In this document: positions 1 through 59,729 of the stretch, in pieces
How positions within the stretch are numbered: position 1 is the first letter of the stretch
How the letters are laid out: every line of letters starts with the position of its first letter
Assembly: GCF_032444005.1 (NCBI RefSeq)
Contig: NC_091282.1
Span: 1,105,274,001-1,105,338,000 of the forward strand
Origin: Ranitomeya imitator
Lineage: Eukaryota
DNA: 64,000 nt
Direction: 5' to 3'
Program-made: the position numbers and the translations under genes
Notes under the pieces: generated by a model
The model's database searches: none
What the model was told of the DNA's origin: nothing
Seen by the model: the letters and a program-made list of their open reading frames with translations, nothing else

Positions 1-158
1 CGTTTCTGCGCTTTTTTTTTCCGCAGCATGTGCACAGCGGTTTTTGTTTTCCATAGGTTTACATGGTACTGTACACCGCATGGAAAACTGCTGCGGATCT
101 GCACAGCGTCAAAAACGCTGTGGATCCGCAGTAAAAACCACAACGTGTGCACATACCC
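1..158. mobile_element. Right end of a Harbinger-type MITE
   Basis: Ends gtgcacataccc|tta; same gctgcgg/ccgcagc internal repeats as 28864-29216. Confidence 0.7.
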
Positions 159-801
159 TTAATGTGTAACCATAGAGACACAGAGGGCTATTAACTGCAT
201 AAAGTGTATGAGAACATGATGCGAAGAACCTGATTATGGTTGAAGTTTTTTTGAATGGGCCACACAGGGATAGTTGGGTTAATGCGTTGAGGCGGTAGGC
301 CATTCTGAACAAATGCGTTTTTAGGGCACGCTTAAAACTGTGGGGATTAATCATATTAACCTGGGTAGTGCATTCCTAAGAATTTGCGCAGCACATGAAA
401 AGTCTTGGAGATGGGAGTGGGAGGTTCTGATTATTGAGGATGCTAACCTCAGGTCATTAGGAGGAGAACGGAGGGCACGGGTAGAGTGGTTAACTGAGAC
501 CAGGGAGGAGATGTAGGGTGGTGCTGAGCCATGGAGTGCTTTGTGGATGAGGGTAATAGTTTTGTACTGGATTCTTGAGTGGGTGGGTAACCAGTGTAAT
601 GACTGGCACAAGGTAGAGGCATCGGTGTAACGGATGGTGAGAAATATGATCCTGGCTGCAGCATTCAGGACAGATTGGAGCCGGGAGAGTTTGGTAAGAG
701 GGAGGCCGATTAGTAGAGAGTTACATTAGTCCAGACGAGAATGAATAAGTGAAACGGTAAGAGTTTTTGCAGAGTCGAAAGTAAGAAAAGGGCAAATTCT
801 T

Positions 802-2140
802 ACATAGTTATTAAGGTTGAAGGAAGACTATAAGTCCATCTAGTTCAACCCATAGCCTAACCTAACATACCCTAACATGTTGATCCAGAGGAAGGCAAAA
901 AAAACCCATGTGGCAAAGAGTAAGCTCCACATTGGGGAAAAAAATTCCTTCCCGACTCCACATACGGCAATCAGACTAGTTCCCTGGATCAACGCCCTAT
1001 CAAGGAATCTAGTGTATATAACCTGTAACATTATACTTTTCCAGAAAGGTATCCAGTCCCCTCTTAAATTTAAGTAATGAATCACTTAAGCTTATATCAT
1101 TCATCCCCGGACGAAGCTATACGCGAAACGCGCGTCGGGTTGCTGCTACCACCGACAGGTAATTCTCCTGGCTGCTATCCTCGCACTTGCTATACTATAA
1201 GCTTTTACATATATGAGTTTACATTGAGATAGGTTTTCTATCCGTATCTGATCCTCTTTTGTTACTGCCTAGCTGTATACACTTTTCAAGTTATCTAATC
1301 TCTTTTTAGACACGGATTTAGCACCATATGTATTATATTGCATACATGGTTTCTGTTGCAAAACAAATTTTTGGACCATATAATTATTTATAATGAGGCT
1401 GGTTTTTGGCTAAGGATCTTTGTCCTAGCATATAGTTTTCCCTGCAGCACTTTACTTACCTTACTATGGTTTATTTTGGAGGATCTTCACCTTTTTGACT
1501 ATACTCTATATGTTTTATGAGGATATTGTTCGGTAGAACTATCTAACATGCCTGTTTGATGTTCTAATTTATGCGCAATATATGCTACACCCATATCTGT
1601 TATTACTTTATTATTAGAAGTCCTTTTGTGACTCTTTTTACCATTTTTGCTCTATATTGCGCATTAATTATTATTTTTAATTGGAGTTACTTAACCTATC
1701 TATTTTCTCTACATGGCATAATTGGCATTCTTACATTATGTTTTACCTGACGGTGGTTATTCTATTTGCATATTTTTCTGCCCCACTTTTTATCCGTTTG
1801 AATATCTAGTGTATATATGTGTTCTAATAAAATTTGACTATTTTATGGCTATATTGCTTCTAATTTGCTTTTTTTGATGTTTATTCCAATTTGGAGCATT
1901 GCCATGTAACTAGGCAGGTATTTCTCCTACTTTTGATGTCCTGTTATTATAGAGTCTTTAAAGATTAAAAATAATGGTCTATCAATGACTGTACTTAATT
2001 CCTGCAGTACTCGGGGGTGTATCCCATCCGGGCCCGGAGATTTGTCAATTTTAGTGATTTTTAGACGCCGCCGCACTTCCTGCTGGGTTAAGCAGGTGAC
2101 ATTTAATTGGGAATTTTTATCACTAGTCATTTTGTCTGCC
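802..2140 (-). mobile_element. CR1 LINE relic inserted in the L2 (3' tail near 802, RT fragment near 1925-2100)
   Basis: KSPGPDGIHPRVLQEL..RPLFLIFKDS peptide; taactatgtaa-type CR1 3' end. Confidence 0.8.
1090..1920 (+). mobile_element. Old PLE terminal-repeat fragment with degenerate hammerhead (1105-1139)
   Basis: CCC-CGGACGA-AGCTATACGC-GAAAC-GCGC-GTC-GGG, followed by a T-rich tract, AATAAA and a ggagcattgcc end motif. Confidence 0.6.
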
Positions 2141-2808
2141 AGAAATGTTTTTGAAGTGCAGATAAATAGAGTGAGCCAGTGATCGAATATGGGAAGCTCG
2201 GAATCAAGTATGACCCCAAGGCAGCAGGCATGTTGCTTGTGAGTAATGGTGGAACCACACATGGAGATGGCAATGTCAGGCAAAGGTAGGTTAATAGAGG
2301 GAGAAAACACGAGGAGTTCAGTTTATGACAGGTTCAGTTTCAGCTAGACGAGGACATGATGTTGGAGACAGCGGTAAGACAATCACTGGTGTTTTCTAGA
2401 AAGGCAGGCGTGATGTCAGGAGAAGAAGCGATAATTGGGTGTTGTCAGCATAAAGATGGTGCTGGAAAACAAATTACTGATTCTTTGCCCAATAGGGGCG
2501 GTTTACAAAGAGAAGAGGAGAGGGCCTAGGACTGATCCTTGAGGAACCCCTGCAGTAGTGGGAAGGTGAGAGGAGGAGGAACCAGCAAAAGATACAGTGA
2601 AGGAGCGGTCAGAGAGATAGGAGGAGAACCAGGAGAGAACGGTGTCCTTGAGGCCAATGGAGCGGAGCATAGTGAGGAGGAGCTGATGATCCACAGTGTC
2701 GAATGCTGCGGAGAGATCCAAGAGAATTAGCATGGAGTAGTGACCATTAGATTTAGCTGTTAGTAGGTCATTAGAGACTTTAGTGAGGGCAGTTTCAGCA
2801 GAGTGTAA

Positions 2809-4499
2809 GGCTATGTTCACACGTTGCGGATTTTACCGCGGATCCGCAGCGTCTTTGACGCTGTGGATCTGCAGCAGTTTCCCATGTGGTTTACAGTACC
2901 ATGTAAACCTATGGAAAACCCAATCCACTGTGCACATGCTGCGGAAAAAAAAACATTTGGAAACGCAGCATTGTTTTTTACACAGCATGTCAATTCTTTG
3001 TGCGGATCTGCAGCGTTTCTGCACCCATAGACTTGCATTGAGTCGGGCACTTCCGCAGCAAACCCGCAGATGTAAAAAAGATCTGCCATTTAGCTGCGGA
3101 TGAAACGCAGATCGGGAGGAGGGAGTGTGTGTGCGGGCGGGGTCTGTGGGCTGTCGGTGGGTCTGCGGGGCTATCGGGGGTCTGAGCGGGGCTGCCGATG
3201 CGTCTGCGGGGCTGTGCGGTGGGGGTCTTTGGGTGTGTGTGCAGGCATCGTCTGATGGGACTCCAATTCCATCGGGTTGTGCCTGCTACAGTGACAGTGA
3301 TTGACACATTAGCCAATGATGGGACAGTAGTAGTCCCATCATTCGGCTAATGTGTTGAATGTAAAAAAAACAAAAAAAAACAGTACATACAACATATAAC
3401 AAGTACATATTTACAGTACAAACGTATGTACAGTATGTTGTATGTACAGTATGTTGTATGTACTGTAAATATGTACTTGTTATATGTTGTATGTACAGTA
3501 TGTTGTATGTACAGTATAACAGAACATACAACAGAACATATAACACAGCACATACAACATATGACAGTACAACATACAACAGAACATACAACATAAAGTA
3601 CATACATACAACACATACATATAAACATACAGTACATATACACAACACATACAGTACATACAACATAGAGTACATACTCACCATCACCTTGATTCCCGAA
3701 GCCCTTGCTCATCTGTAAAAATATTAAAATAATAAACAAACAATATACTCCCTGATCCGCAGAAATCCAATTAATACGAGTGTCCCACGACGATCTCCCG
3801 TGGAGAGCAGCCACATCAGCTGATGCAACCGCTCTCCAGGGGCTACGACGATGCAATGACGGAAGGTATCCTTCCGCACTGTATCCCTCTGCCTCTGAGA
3901 AATAGTCCCTACTCTCACTTGTGGCATTGCTGTGTGGGAAAATTCACACGCAGCTTTGCGATAAAGTGAGACCAATGAACTCAGGTAACCTCTTCAGTGA
4001 TGCACTGCAGGAGCCATGGTCTCCTGTCAGTGTGTCACTGGAGGCCTATAGAGCAGTGATTATCACCCGATGTCAGTGTTCTATAGGGGAGATTGTCGTG
4101 GGACACTCGTTATTAAATGGACTACGGCGGAAAGGGAGTATACGGTTGGTTTATTATTTTTAATTTTTTTGCAGGCGATCGAGTATGGTGAAATTAATAA
4201 TATTAAAATACTCTTTTCTGGCTGTGTCTTTTTAACTCTTTCACTACTATAGGATTAGTAATGGATAGGTGTCTTATTGACGCCTCTCCATTATTAACCG
4301 GGCTTAATGTCACCTTACAATATCAAGGTGGCATTAAACCCTTATTACCCCATATCCCACCGCTACAGGGGAGTGGGAAGAGAGGGGCTAAGAGCCGGAT
4401 CAAAAAACGCACAAAAATACGCACCTGCATTTTCTGCCAAGAGATGCAGAATCCGCACAAAAAATTCCAGAGGCAAATCCGCAACACGTGCACATACCC
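2809..4499. mobile_element. Non-autonomous Harbinger-type element with internal simple repeats
   Basis: TIR ggctatgttcacacg / cgtgcacataccc, TAA on both sides, cleanly interrupting the L2; (tacag/acata) repeat about 3380-3670. Confidence 0.8.
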
Positions 4500-5405
4500 T
4501 AAAGGGCGGAAACCAGTTTGAAGAGGGTCGAGAAGAGTTATCTGAGAGATAGCGTATAAAACGGGAGTGGACCAGGCGTTCGAGGAGTTTGGAGATGAAG
4601 GGAAGATTAGAGAAAGGTCTGTAGTTAGCTGCACAGTTTTGGTCAAGGGATGTTTTTTTTAACTATTGGATGTATGATGGCATGCTTAAATGAAAAGGGA
4701 AAGATACCGGAAGAGAGAGAAAGGTTGAATATTTTTGTTAGGTTAGAGGTGACAGCCAGGGAAAGGGACTGGAGCAGATGTGACGGAATGGGGTCACTGG
4801 TGCAAGTGGTTGGGCAAGAAGATGCAAGGAGCCTGATTACTTCTTCTGTGACTGGTTCAAAGTCAGAGAGTGAGCTAGATGCAGTGGGGGAGGGAGGACA
4901 GTGCATGGTCTGAGGGGATTGGGAGATAATTTCCTGCCGGATGTGGTCAATTTTTTCTTTGAAGTAATTGGCCAGATCGTCAGCGCAGAGATCCGTGGTT
5001 GGGGTCTGCACTCTTGGGTTGAGTGGGGAATGAAAAGTGTCAAAGAGATGTTTAGGGTTGTTGGACAGTGAGGTGATGAGGGTGTTGAAATAGGTTTGTT
5101 TGGAGAGGTGAAGGGCAGAGTTGTATGTTTTAAGAATTAACTTATAATGGATGAAATCTTCGGGCAGATTAGATTTTCTCCACAGACGTTTGGCGCACCT
5201 GGAGCAGCGCTGCAGGAAACGTGTTTGCAGCGTGTGCCACGGTTGTCGCCGTCTGTGCCGAGTTGTTCTATGTATAGGAGGTGCAATTTCATCCAGGGCA
5301 CTTGGCAGGGTTTCATTGTAATGCTTCAGTGCAGAATCAGGACATGAGATGGAGGCGATAGGGGCCAATGAGTACTGCAAGTTCTTCATAAGTTTCTGGG
5401 TGTAA

Positions 5406-5708
5406 GGGCTCCTTTCCACTTGCGAGACATACGTCCGTGTCTCGCAGGTTAAAACCAAGCTCTGGTGCCGGCACTCCAGAGCGGAGCGTGCAGCTCCATG
5501 TATTCCTATGCGGCCGCACGCTCAGCTCTGGAGTGCTGACGCCAGAGAAGGGTTTTAACCTGCGAGACACGGAAGTATGTCTCGCAAGTGGAAAGGAGCC
5601 CTTAATCAAGAAATACATGCAGCTGCACACTCCGGTCCTGAGTGCCGGCGGCAGTGACGGGTATTGATGCGAGAGACTCGCATTGCACTCGCAAGTGTGA
5701 CCCTGGCT
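5406..5708. mobile_element. Harbinger-type MITE cluster
   Basis: gggctcctttccacttgcgaga with its reverse complement ending at 5601; a further ctcgcaagtgtgacc end near 5700. Confidence 0.6.
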
Positions 5709-5773
5709 TAAGGTCATATTCACTGACAGCAAGAAGAATCCGATACAATACAATGTATATTAAAATTGTCTGC

Positions 5774-5832
5774 TTTATTATAGATAGAATAAATGTTCCA
5801 TATTGATCCCAGAATACCTCTGAGTATTTATT
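5774..5832 (-). terminator. Candidate UFSP2 polyadenylation signals (AATAAA at 5827-5832 and 5774-5779)
   Basis: Plus-strand tttatt about 70 and 120 nt past the stop, in an AT-rich 3' UTR. Confidence 0.65.
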
Positions 5833-5899
5833 TTGAAAATTAAGAAATAAAAAGTTAGTACAATAAATATTAAAATGACCTTTAATAAATTAACCACTC

Positions 5900-52831
<46,932 letters not shown>

Positions 52832-52834
<3 letters not shown>

Positions 52835-52895
52835 GTCCCCGGCGCTGTCTCCCACTGCTGCAGCTCTTCACGCTTCTCTTCCTCCCGGCTTCCGG
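52832..52895 (-). other. UFSP2: UFSP2 exon 1 (5' UTR plus ATG only); upstream boundary approximate
   Basis: Minus strand reads GCCGGGGAC-ATG|gtgagg inside the CpG island, and exon 2 starts in phase 0 with Val. An ATG-only first exon matches the recalled human structure. Confidence 0.8.
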
Positions 52896-53049
52896 TTACG
52901 AGCTGTCAATCACTTACCGGCAGCACACGTGTCACACAAACCCCGCCCACCAAGGCGTTCAGCACTTATGACGCATGCGTGACAATTTCATGACGAGCAA
53001 CAAAACTACATGTCCCAGCGTGCAAGCGAGAGAGGGCGGAACCATTACT

Positions 53050-53170
53050 AGAACGGGGGAGGGCGGTGTGTGAGGAACTTGTCGACATCTTATAAGTGAA
53101 CTCCAAACATTTCTTCTAGACATATAAAACCATTTATTTTAGTCAAATCACTGCTATAGTTAAGAAACAG
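53050..53170 (+). other. Putative non-coding first exon of a divergent gene (CFAP96/C4orf47 expected from human synteny)
   Basis: Donor AAACAG|gtaatg at 53170/53171 just beyond the promoter. No coding sequence recognised, so the identity is inference only. Confidence 0.4.
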
Positions 53171-53384
53171 GTAATGGTATAAATGTGCGGTGTTTATGTG
53201 ACTAAGTAAAGCCCGGCATCCCACTTGACCCAGTCCATTTCCATAGCAACCACTGGTAACAAACTATCAGCTGAGCTCAGAGCTAAAGAGCTGAGGAGGC
53301 GCTGGAGGCTGAGGGTCAGGTATGGTCAGTGTGGGGGGCTTGTTTATTGGGGTCTCTGAGGTGGGGATGTGATCCTGATTCACC

Positions 53385-56300
53385 ACACACCCCATCTCAC
53401 ACCTGAGGGGCAATGAGACATAATGAGGGGAATGTGCGGGGTCTCTCCGTGTCACCACACACCCATGGCACATCTAGGAGCTGGGGTCACCATGAGGGGC
53501 AATGAGACATAATGAGGGGAATGTGCGGGGTCTCCGTGTCACCACACACCCATGTCACATCTAGGAGCTGGGGCCACCATGAGGGGTAATGAGACATAAT
53601 GAGGGGAATGTGCGGGGTCTCCGTGTCACCACACACCCATGGCACATCTAGGAGCTGGGGCCACCATGAGGGGTAATGAGACATAATGAGGGGAATGTGC
53701 AGGGGTCTCCGTGTCACCACACACTACATGTCACATCTAGGAGCTGGGGTCACCATGAGGGGTAATGAGACATAATGAGGGGAATGTGCGGGGTCTCTCC
53801 GTGTCACCACACACTACATGTCACATCTAGGAGCTGGGGTCACCATGAGGGGTAATGAGACATAATGAGGGGAATGTGCGGGGTCTCTCCGTGTCACCAC
53901 ACACACATGGCACATCTAGGAGCTGGGGTCACCATGAGGGGCAATGAGACATAATGAGGGGAATGTACGGGGTCTCTCCGTGTCACCACACACTACATGT
54001 CACATCTAGGAGCTGGGGTCACCATGAGGGGTAATGAGACATAATGAGGGGAATGTGCGGGGTCTCTCCGTGTCACCACACACCCATGGCACATCTAGGA
54101 GCTGGGGTCACCATGAGGGGTAATGAGACATAATGAGGGGAATGTGCAGGGGTCTCCGTGTCACCACACACTACATGTCACATCTAGGAGCTGGGGCCAC
54201 CATGAGGGGCAATGAGACATAATGAGGGGAATGTGCAGGGGTCTCCGTGTCACCACACACTACATGTCACATCTAGGAGCTGGGGCCACCATGAGGGGCA
54301 ATGAGACATAATGAGGGGAATGTGCAGGGGTCTCCGTGTCACCACACACCCATGTCACATCTAGGAGCTGGGGTCACCATGAGGGGTAATGAGACATAAT
54401 GAGGGGAATGAGCAGGGGTCTCAGTGTCACCACACACTACATGTCACATCTAGGAGCTGGGGTCACCATGAGGGGCAATGAGACATAATGAGGGGAATGA
54501 GCAGGGGTCTCCGTGTCACCACACACTACATGTCACATCTAGGAGCTGGGGTCACCATGAGGGGCAATGAGACATAATGAGGGGAATGAGCAGGGGTCTC
54601 AGTGTCACCACACACTACATGTCACATCTAGGAGTTGGGGTCACCATGAGGGGCAATGAGACATAATGAGGGGAATGTGCGGGGTCTCTCCGTGTCACCA
54701 CACACTACATGCCACATCTAGGAGCTGGGGTCACCATGAGGGGTAATGAGACATAATGAGGGGAATGAGCAGGGGTCTCCGTGTCACCACACACCCATGT
54801 CACATCTAGGAGCTGGGGTCACCATGAGGGGTAATGAGACATAATGAGGGGAATGTGCAGGGGTCTCCGTGTCACCACACACTACATGTCACATCTAGGA
54901 GCTGGGGTCACCATGAGGGGCAATGAGACATAATGAGGGGAATGTGCGGGGTCTCTCCGTGTCACCACACACTACATGCCACATCTAGGAGCTGGGGTCA
55001 CCATGAGGGGTAATGAGTCATAATGAGGGGAATGTGCAGGGGTCTCCGTGTCACCACACACTACATGTCACATCTAGGAGCTGGGGTCACCATGAGGGGC
55101 AATGAGACATAATGAGGGGAATGTGCGGGGTCTCTCCGTGTCACCACACACTACATGCCACATCTAGGAGCTGGGGTCACCATGAGGGGTAATGAGACAT
55201 GAGGGGAATGTGCAGGGGTCTCCGTGTCACCACACACTACATGTCACATCTAGGAGCTGGGGCCACCATGAGGGGCAATGAGACATAATGAGGGGAATGT
55301 GCAGGGATCTCCGTGTCACCACACACTACATGTCACATCTAGGAGCTGGGGTCACCATGAGGGGCAATGAGACATAATGAGGGGAATGAGAAGGGGTCTC
55401 CGTGTCACCACACACCCTTGTCACATCTAGGAGCTGGGGTCACCATGAGGGGCAATGAGACATAATGAGGGGAATGAGCAGGGGTCTCAGTGTCACCACA
55501 CACCCATGTCACGTCTAGGAGCTGGGGTCACCAAGAGGGTAATGAGACATAATGAGGGGAATGTGCAGGGGTCTCCGTGTCACCACACACCCATGTCACA
55601 TCTAGGAGCTGGGGTCACCATGAGGGGTAATGAGACATAATGAGGGGAATGTGCAGGGGTCTCCTTGTCACCACACACCCATGTCACATCTAGGAGCTGG
55701 GGTGACCATGAGGGGCAATGAGACATAATGAGGGGAATGTGCGGGGTCTCTCCGTGTCACCACACACTACATGCCACATCTAGGAGCTGGGGTCACCATG
55801 ACGGGTAATGAGACATAATGAGGGGAATGTGCAGGAGTCTCCGTGTCACCACACACCCATGTCACATCTAGGAGCTGGGGTCACCATGAGGGGTAATGAG
55901 ACATAATGAGGGGAATGTGCAGGGGTCTCCGTGTCACCACACACCCATGTCACATCTAGGAGCTGGGGTCACCATGAGGGGTAATGAAACATAATGAGGG
56001 AAATGTGCAGGGGTCTCCGTGTCACCACCCATCCATGTCACATCTAGGAGCTGGGGCCACCATGAGGTGTAATGAGACATAATGAGGGGAATGTGCAGGG
56101 GTCTCCGTGTCACCACACACTACATGTCACATCTAGGAGCTGGGGTCACCATGAGGGGCAATGAGACATAATGAGGGGAATGTGCGGGGTCTCTCCGTGT
56201 CACCACACACTACATGCCACATCTAGGAGCTGGGGTCACCATGAGGGGTAATGAGACATAATGAGGGGAATGTGCAGGGGTCTCAGTGTCACCACACACC

Positions 56301-58600
56301 CATGTCACATCTAGGAGCTGGGGTCACCATGAGGGGTAATGAGACATAATGAGGGGAATGTGCAGGGGTCTCCGTGTCACCACACACCCATGTCACATCT
56401 AGGAGCTGGGGCCACCATGAGGGGTAATGAGACATAATGAGGGGAATGTGCGGGGTCTCTCCGTGTCACCACACACTACATGTCACATCTAGGAGCTGGG
56501 GTCACCATGAGGGGTAATGAGACATAATGAGGGGAATGTGCGGGGTCTCTCAGTGTCACCACACACTACATGTCACATCTAGGAGCTGGGGCCACCATGA
56601 GGGGTAATGAGACATAATGAGGGGAATGAGCAGGGGTCTCCGTGTCACCACACACTACATGTCACATCTAGGAGCTGGGATCACCATGAGGGGCAATGAG
56701 ACATAATGAGGGGAATGTGCGGGGTCTCTCCGTGTCACCACACACTACATGCCACATCTAGGAGCTGGGGTCACCATGACGGGTAATGAGACATAATGAG
56801 GGGAATGTGCAGGAGTCTCCGTGTCACCACACACCCATGTCACATCTAGGAGCTGGGGTCACCATGAGGGGTAATGAGACATAATGAGGGGAATGTGCAG
56901 GGGTCTCCGTGTCACCACACACCCATGTCACATCTAGGAGCTGGGGTCACCATGAGGGGTAATGAAACATAATGAGGGAAATGTGCAGGGGTCTCCGTGT
57001 CACCACCCATCCATGTCACATCTAGGAGCTGGGGCCACCATGAGGTGTAATGAGACATAATGAGGGGAATGTGCAGGGGTCTCCGTGTCACCACACACTA
57101 CATGTCACATCTAGGAGCTGGGGTCACCATGAGGGGTAATGAGACATAATGAGGGGAATGTGCAGGGGTCTCCGTGTCACCACACACCCATGTCACATCT
57201 AGGAGCTGGGGTCACCATGAGGGGTAATGAAACATAATGAGGGAAATGTGCAGGGGTCTCCGTGTCACCACCCATCCATGTCACATCTAGGAGCTAGGGC
57301 CACCATGAGGTGTAATGAGACATAATGAGGGGAATGTGCAGGGGTCTCCGTGTCACCACACACCCATGTCACATCTAGGAGCTGGGGTCACCATGAGGGG
57401 TAATGAGACATAATGAGGGGAATGTGCAGGGGTCTCAGTGTCACCACACACCCATGTCACATCTAGGAGCTGGGGTCACCATGAGGGGTAATGAGACATA
57501 ATGAAGGGAATGTGCAGGGGTCTCCGTGTCACCACACACCCATGTCACATCTAGGAGCTGGGGTCACCATGAGGGGCAATGAGACATAATGAGGGGAATG
57601 TGCGGGGTCTCTCCGTGTCACCACACACTACATGTCACATCTAGGAGCTGGGGTCACCATGACGGATAATGAGACATAATGAGGGGAATGTGCGGGGTCT
57701 CTCAGTGTCACCACACACTACATGTCACATCTAGGAGCTGGGGCCACCATGAGGGGTAATGAGACATAATGAGGGGAATGTGCAGGGGTCTCCGTGTCAC
57801 CACACACTACATGTCACATCTAGGAGCTGGGGTCACCATGAGGGGCAATGAGACATAATGAGGGGAATGTGCGGGGTCTCTCCGTGTCACCACACACTAC
57901 ATGCCACATCTAGGAGCTGAGGTCACCATGAGGGGTAATGAGACATAATGAGGGGAATGTGCAGGGGTCTCCGTGTCACCACACACTACATGTCACATCT
58001 AGGAGCTGGGGTCACCATGAGGGGCAATGAGACATAATGAGGGGAATGAGCAGGGGTCTCATTGTCACCACACACCCATGTCACATCTAGGAGCTGGGGT
58101 CACCATGAGGGGTAATGAGTCATAATGAGGGGAATGTGCAGGGGTCTCCGTGTCACCACACACTACATGTCACATCTAGGAGCTGGGGTCACCATGAGGG
58201 GCAATGAGACATAATGAGGGGAATGAGCAGGGGTCTCAGTGTCACCACACACCCATGTCACATCTAGGAGCTGGGGCCACCATGAGGGGCAATGAGACAT
58301 AATGAGGGGAATGTGCAGGGGTCTCCGTGTCACCACACACTACATGTCACATCTAGGAGCTGGGGTCACCATGAGGGGCAATGAGACATAATGAGGGGAA
58401 TGTGCGGGGTCTCTCCGTGTCACCACACACTACATGCCACATCTAGGAGCTGGGGTCACCATGAGGGGCAATGAGACATAATGAGGGGAATGTGCGGGGT
58501 CTCTCAGTGTCACCACACACTACATGCCACATCTAGGAGCTGGGGTCACCATGAGGGGCAATGAGACATAATGAGGGGACTGTGAAGGGGTCTCTCAGCT
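53385..58600. repeat. 88-90-bp G-rich satellite, about 58 copies
   Basis: Unit ctaggagctggggtcaccatgaggggtaatgagacataatgaggggaatgtgcaggggtctccgtgtcaccacacacccatgtcacat. Confidence 0.97.
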
Positions 58601-59456
58601 CTTCGCAGAGTAAGGTCTTCTAGAAGAATAAATCCTCTTCCCATGGTCGCTATCCGCAGCGGTTCCGTCATGGTCACATTTTCCGCCATGTTAGTGATCA
58701 TTGTAGTCATTTCGTGATGTCCACTGTTGTCTCGTTACAGTCTGAGAAAATCTGGAAAATGTGTAAGAGAGGGTCCTAGTGAATGGGAGGAAGTACTGGG
58801 GTCTTCTTACACTCTTACTTTTTCCGGATGCTCCCAATGTCTGTGTTTGCGTGGGTTTGGGGATTTAGATTGTAGGGGAAAGTGATTATGCCATCTATAC
58901 AGGGCTGCGGAATATGTTGGCGCTATATAAGTGAAATTAACAAAAAAGTATGGTTCCCCATTCACGAGAAAGTGACCGATGTAGCCTCCATCTAATATGT
59001 CTTGTAGCCTCCTGACTGTTCGGGGACATAAGTATTAGTAGGTTGGAAGTTAATCTCCCTAGCCTTGTGTTGTGTTTGCTTTGTCCTTTTGTTTGGTTCT
59101 GGCAGCGGGTCTCTCATAGAGAACAAAGGAGCACGTGGGTGATCCGAATATTTATGGGTCATTTACGAACCAGTCAGCTCTCGTATGGGAGCCTCACCTC
59201 AGTGAGAGCCTCTCTGCAGGTTCCAAGTCTCATTGATGTAAAGTTACACCATCCTGCTGCTGAAGCTGAAACTCCTGAAAAATCCTCTGCCATTGGCTTT
59301 CGACAGATGGGTGGTGGTAGGATAGATGGTGGTGATTTTACCATAAATATGTGCTTACTTGTAATAGGACACAGATTTAATAAGGATCTGTTTGGGATCT
59401 AAAAGAGCTGACTTTCTGGTGAGTGGAGACAAAATGATTTAGGTTACCAAAAAGAG

Positions 59457-59729
59457 TTGGACCGCCCATGTCTAGAGTCGGTCCGCCCATGACTAGAGTT
59501 GGACTGCTCATGACTAGAGTCGGACCGCCCATGTCTACACTCAGTCCGCCCATGACTAGCGTTGGACCGCCCATGACTAGCGGTGGACCGCCCATGACTA
59601 GCGGTGGACCGCCCATGTCTAGACTCAGTCCGCCCATGACTAGCGTTGGACCGCCCATGACTAGCGGTGGACCGCCCATGACTAGAGTCGGACCGCCCAT
59701 GACTAGAGTCGGACCGCCCATGACTAGAG
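59457..59729. repeat. 21-bp minisatellite, about 13 copies
   Basis: (gactagagtcggaccgcccat)n. Confidence 0.95.

Larger units (their letters stand above)
270..5403 (-). mobile_element. One L2 LINE relic split by later insertions (pieces about 270-801, 2141-2808, 4503-5403)
   Basis: Colinear L2 ORF2 peptides. Removing the 2809-4499 element restores [18 protein letters not shown]; [26 protein letters not shown] and LHWLP motifs are present. Confidence 0.88.

Noticed and set aside
53385-58600. Possible CRISPR-like array
   Set aside because: Whole units repeat with no unique spacers, there are no cas genes, and the context is vertebrate.
59043-59402. 119-aa ORF with an acceptor-like site as a CFAP96 exon
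   Set aside because: No resemblance to remembered CFAP96 or any protein I recognise.
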